IMG/VR virus record: IMGVR_UViG_3300017469_000064
Span: 1-9,533 of that record
Reading direction: 5' to 3' (one strand)
Length of the DNA stretch: 9,533 bases
This document shows, piece by piece, positions 6,580-9,533 of the stretch (position 1 is its first letter; the number at the start of each line of letters is the position of its first letter). The position numbers and the translations under genes were made by a program. The notes under the pieces are model-generated. The model was not told the DNA's origin and ran no database searches. It saw nothing but the letters and a program-made list of their open reading frames with translations.

Positions 6580-8357
6580 TACGACCCACTCACTGAATAA
6601 TTAAGTGTCCCGCTATAAGAACCTGTCCCAACTTGTTCTATCGTGTAGGTCACTGCTACGTCGACTGGTGTAAAGTATGTGTATGACTCCGATGGAGGTG
6701 CGGTAGACGTGAATTGTAATTGAAGTGAGACACTGTCAGACAAAGAAGTACTAAACGGTATACCATACAAGAACTGAATAGCCTCAGTAATTGCGTCAGA
6801 CAAAGAAGTTTGATATTTTATGCCGAACTGGAACTGAATTATTTCAGCTATGATGTCGGAAAAGTTGCTGAGTATGCCAGATATTACACCGAACTGTTCT
6901 ATTAGTGTGTCAGTCAAAAAGTCATACGGAGGTATACATAGCTGTTCTGCAACATCAACAGTAGCCGTCACACCTATTTCATTTTGAGTAACACTTGATG
7001 ACTCTGAAGGAGACGGTACTTGTGACGGGTTACAGAACGATATATTAGGTGGTAGTATGACAGCTGTAGCGTCGACAGACGGTACTATTTCAATCGTCTG
7101 ACTCATCTGGTATATGTTTTCGAGTAACGTCACCGATACATTAACCGTCATATCTTGTGTAAACTCAGTTTGTAACGACTGTATCAACTTCATGAAGAAG
7201 TTAGCCGTGATGTCAAACGTGTCTTCGAACTGTTTAATACTGTTCTGGAAGTTGATATAACCAGATACCAATGTAGCCGTACCACCTCCTGGCGTACCCA
7301 TCCCAATTATATCTTGGGCAAATACTCCAGTCACATTAGGTCTTTCAAGTTGCACTTCGATTTGTGAAGGAGTCAGCTGTTGTGTCTGAGGTGTCTGTAT
7401 GTCACTTATGCTAGACTGTGCGACATTACGCTGTGGTAACTGAGTAGACGGCACTCCCATAGGAGATTGTACTTGTGGTTGAGATGGTCTTTGTACTGTC
7501 TGACTAGTCTGAGTAGTTGGGAATAACGACTGTAACAATGACTTCGTAAATATAGACACAAATGCTGATATAATCGGTGAACCAGCCATGAGCAACGCTT
7601 TATAAAACATACCTTTAGCACTGTTGCCAAAGAAGGGAGAGTTAGCTATACCGCTCACGATTTTAGGCATCATTTCCATGAAAGTATTATACGCTACTAC
7701 GTCAGGAAAAGCTCCAGCAATACGCGACACCTCACTTGCTACTAGGTTTGGAACCATTGTGAGTAGGTTAGGTTGGTTGCCAGGGTCAGTAAATAACGAA
7801 TTAAGGTAGTTAGACGCGTTTTCAAAGAACGTAGGCAAGTCAAGAAAGAAGTTACCTATTACGGTGAAGGCACTATATATGTCATTCATTACGTTTAACA
7901 GAAAGTTATACGAAGCTGTAAGGGCATTCTTAAAGTCATTTATAAAAGGTTGGACAAACGAAACTATACCGTTTATTGCCGACGTGACAGTATTATATAT
8001 GTCACTTACGAATGCCTTTAAGTCATTCCATATTGTCGACAGTGCGTTAATTATAGTAGACCCTAATGTCTCAAGTCCGCGTTCGACGGGAGCCATAATA
8101 GTAGTAAGACCGTTTGCAATACGCTGTAAACCATCCCATAGGTACGTTCCAAATGCCTGTGCAAAGCCTATTAAAGCACCAGGTATGCTCTCGAAAAACG
8201 TCGCAAGCTCTGACGGTAGTTGTTGTAAGAACTTTGCAAATACATTGATTGACGTATTTATACCATTAGCTACACTTGTTATGTCTGACGTTACACCACT
8301 CGTAATAGCTGATAATCCTGAAAAGAATGCTTGACCAATGCTTAGTAGAAATGACAT
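6579..8357 (-). CDS. Intact 592-aa hypothetical protein: amphipathic-helical, tape-measure-like N-terminal half, Q/P/T/S linker, acidic C-terminal region with 18-20-aa repeats; probable virion structural protein
   Basis: Uninterrupted ORF coupled by TAATG overlaps to both neighbours, so this is the native allele. It shows roughly 11-residue aromatic periodicity ([44 protein letters not shown]). Function is inferred. Confidence 0.88.
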   Translation of the reverse strand: MSFLLSIGQAFFSGLSAITSGVTSDITSVANGINTSINVFAKFLQQLPSELATFFESIPGALIGFAQAFGTYLWDGLQRIANGLTTIMAPVERGLETLGSTIINALSTIWNDLKAFVSDIYNTVTSAINGIVSFVQPFINDFKNALTASYNFLLNVMNDIYSAFTVIGNFFLDLPTFFENASNYLNSLFTDPGNQPNLLTMVPNLVASEVSRIAGAFPDVVAYNTFMEMMPKIVSGIANSPFFGNSAKGMFYKALLMAGSPIISAFVSIFTKSLLQSLFPTTQTSQTVQRPSQPQVQSPMGVPSTQLPQRNVAQSSISDIQTPQTQQLTPSQIEVQLERPNVTGVFAQDIIGMGTPGGGTATLVSGYINFQNSIKQFEDTFDITANFFMKLIQSLQTEFTQDMTVNVSVTLLENIYQMSQTIEIVPSVDATAVILPPNISFCNPSQVPSPSESSSVTQNEIGVTATVDVAEQLCIPPYDFLTDTLIEQFGVISGILSNFSDIIAEIIQFQFGIKYQTSLSDAITEAIQFLYGIPFSTSLSDSVSLQLQFTSTAPPSESYTYFTPVDVAVTYTIEQVGTGSYSGTLNYSVSGS

Positions 8358-9334
8358 TACTCTTCTATTACATTAATTACAAGTGTCGGTATATATAGCT
8401 TAAAATATTGCACGGTGACGGATAATGACGTAGTGTATATAAAGTAGTTGTTATTTATGCCGTATAACAGAAATAACGAAATTGTAGGCGACTGTTGTGT
8501 ATTAGTAAGGATATACGGTTGTGATATGGGATATGCCGTATTACCATTTATACCAGCTACTACGTAGTACTGTACACCTTGTAGTTGTAGTTGTTGTGTA
8601 GGCAATACATTAGAACTACCAGTTGACGTATGTATGTTAAGTATCTGTAATAACGTAGATAGTTGAGTATAGAGGAACGTATTTTGTGGCATTACGTTAT
8701 ACGGTATTAATGTAAGTGCGACTATGATATACGGTATGTTCAAACAAAGTAGGGGCTGGTAGTTATTAAGCTGTAATTGGAAGTTAAACGTAAACGAAAA
8801 GTTAGTACAACCAGGTATGTACAATACGTTATCCGAGTCAATTGTGACCACAGCGTCCCATGACACACGTATAAATGTATTTGCGTTCTTCGTAGTAGTA
8901 CCTACTACAGCATACGCAATCATATACTCATTGTCAGCCCATAACTGTACCTCGTCAAACGTATAGGTATCATTCGTTTCGTCCGTCGCACTATACTCTA
9001 GTGTAAACGTCATATTGTTCAAGTTACATGATATCAAGTTATTTTGACACGTAGACGTATTAACAGTACTGAACTGTTCGTTATACGATATAAGTTTTGC
9101 TGGTATACGTGCTACTGCAACACCGTTGTTGACAAGTACGAAATACATATTTGACGGTGGTGTAAATGAAACCGTATAACCACTATATGGTGCTTTGTAT
9201 GACTGACCTACTGTAAGTAACCCTTGCAATAAATACTTATACTCAGCTGACAAAGTGTTATGCTTACGTTTAGGCGGTACCCCCTTAACATCCCCGATAC
9301 TAATACTAAAATGACTGTTAACTTTAACTTTCAC
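8357..9334 (-). CDS. Mirror copy of the 325-aa probable virion/tail protein
   Basis: Translation identical to 200-1177. Confidence 0.85.
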   Translation of the reverse strand: MKVKVNSHFSISIGDVKGVPPKRKHNTLSAEYKYLLQGLLTVGQSYKAPYSGYTVSFTPPSNMYFVLVNNGVAVARIPAKLISYNEQFSTVNTSTCQNNLISCNLNNMTFTLEYSATDETNDTYTFDEVQLWADNEYMIAYAVVGTTTKNANTFIRVSWDAVVTIDSDNVLYIPGCTNFSFTFNFQLQLNNYQPLLCLNIPYIIVALTLIPYNVMPQNTFLYTQLSTLLQILNIHTSTGSSNVLPTQQLQLQGVQYYVVAGINGNTAYPISQPYILTNTQQSPTISLFLLYGINNNYFIYTTSLSVTVQYFKLYIPTLVINVIEE

Positions 9335-9533
9335 TTACGGTCACCTCAAGTATGAAGTTTTCTCCTGATGGCAACAGTGCTAAAGGTATGTTTTATAAAG
9401 CGTTGCTCATGGCTGGTTCACCGATTATATCAGCATTTGTGAAGGAGTCAGCTGTTGTGTCTGAGGTGTCTGTATGTCACTTATGCTAGACTGTGCGACA
9501 TTACGCTGTGGTAACTGAGTAGACGGCACTCCC

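Larger units (their letters stand above)
5495..9533 (-). repeat. Right arm of giant inverted repeat (4039 bp); carries the unduplicated, intact copy of the gene cluster
   Basis: Reverse complement of 1-4926 minus one 887-bp unit (4926-4039=887). The window end ...GTAGACGGCACTCCC is the reverse complement of the start GGGAGTGCCGTCTAC... Confidence 0.98.

Noticed and set aside
1-9533. Genuine inverted terminal repeats or hairpin telomere of a complete small linear virus or transposon
   Set aside because: The ends are mid-gene fragments of internal sequence, the loop truncates a gene, and no polymerase, Rep, protelomerase or transposase is recognisable.

Overview
The window is a giant interrupted palindrome built from only about 4.4 kb of unique sequence. 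The left arm (1-4926) is the reverse complement of the right arm (5495-9533), around a 568-bp single-copy loop (4927-5494). The left arm also carries an 887-bp tandem duplication (1899-2785/2786-3672) that the right arm lacks. Both ends (1-165 and 9369-9533) are patchworks of internal sequence. The junctions lie at short, unrelated microhomologies inside genes, and the terminal direct copy is exactly 99 nt. This points to amplification (MDA/phi29 template-switch) chimeras threaded by a de Bruijn assembler rather than a natural genome; a defective or fold-back viral replication product is a less likely alternative. The underlying DNA is a tightly coupled, AT-rich gene cluster with archaeal-type GAGGTGA/AGGTGA ribosome-binding sites: [3' end of a gene] - 325 aa - 592 aa - 212 aa - 47 aa - >277 aa (truncated). 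The proteins are rich in Thr/Ser/Asn/Tyr, poor in charged residues and rich in sequons, and look like virion tail or terminal-structure proteins of a thermoacidophilic (Sulfolobales-type) archaeal virus. That assignment is inference, with no database match. The most interesting biology is that three genes share a motif resembling the N-terminal domain of phage tail-fibre/baseplate proteins, next to a protein with tape-measure-like helical periodicity. The last gene also has a compositionally distinct, Cys-rich region that may be an exchangeable receptor-binding module.
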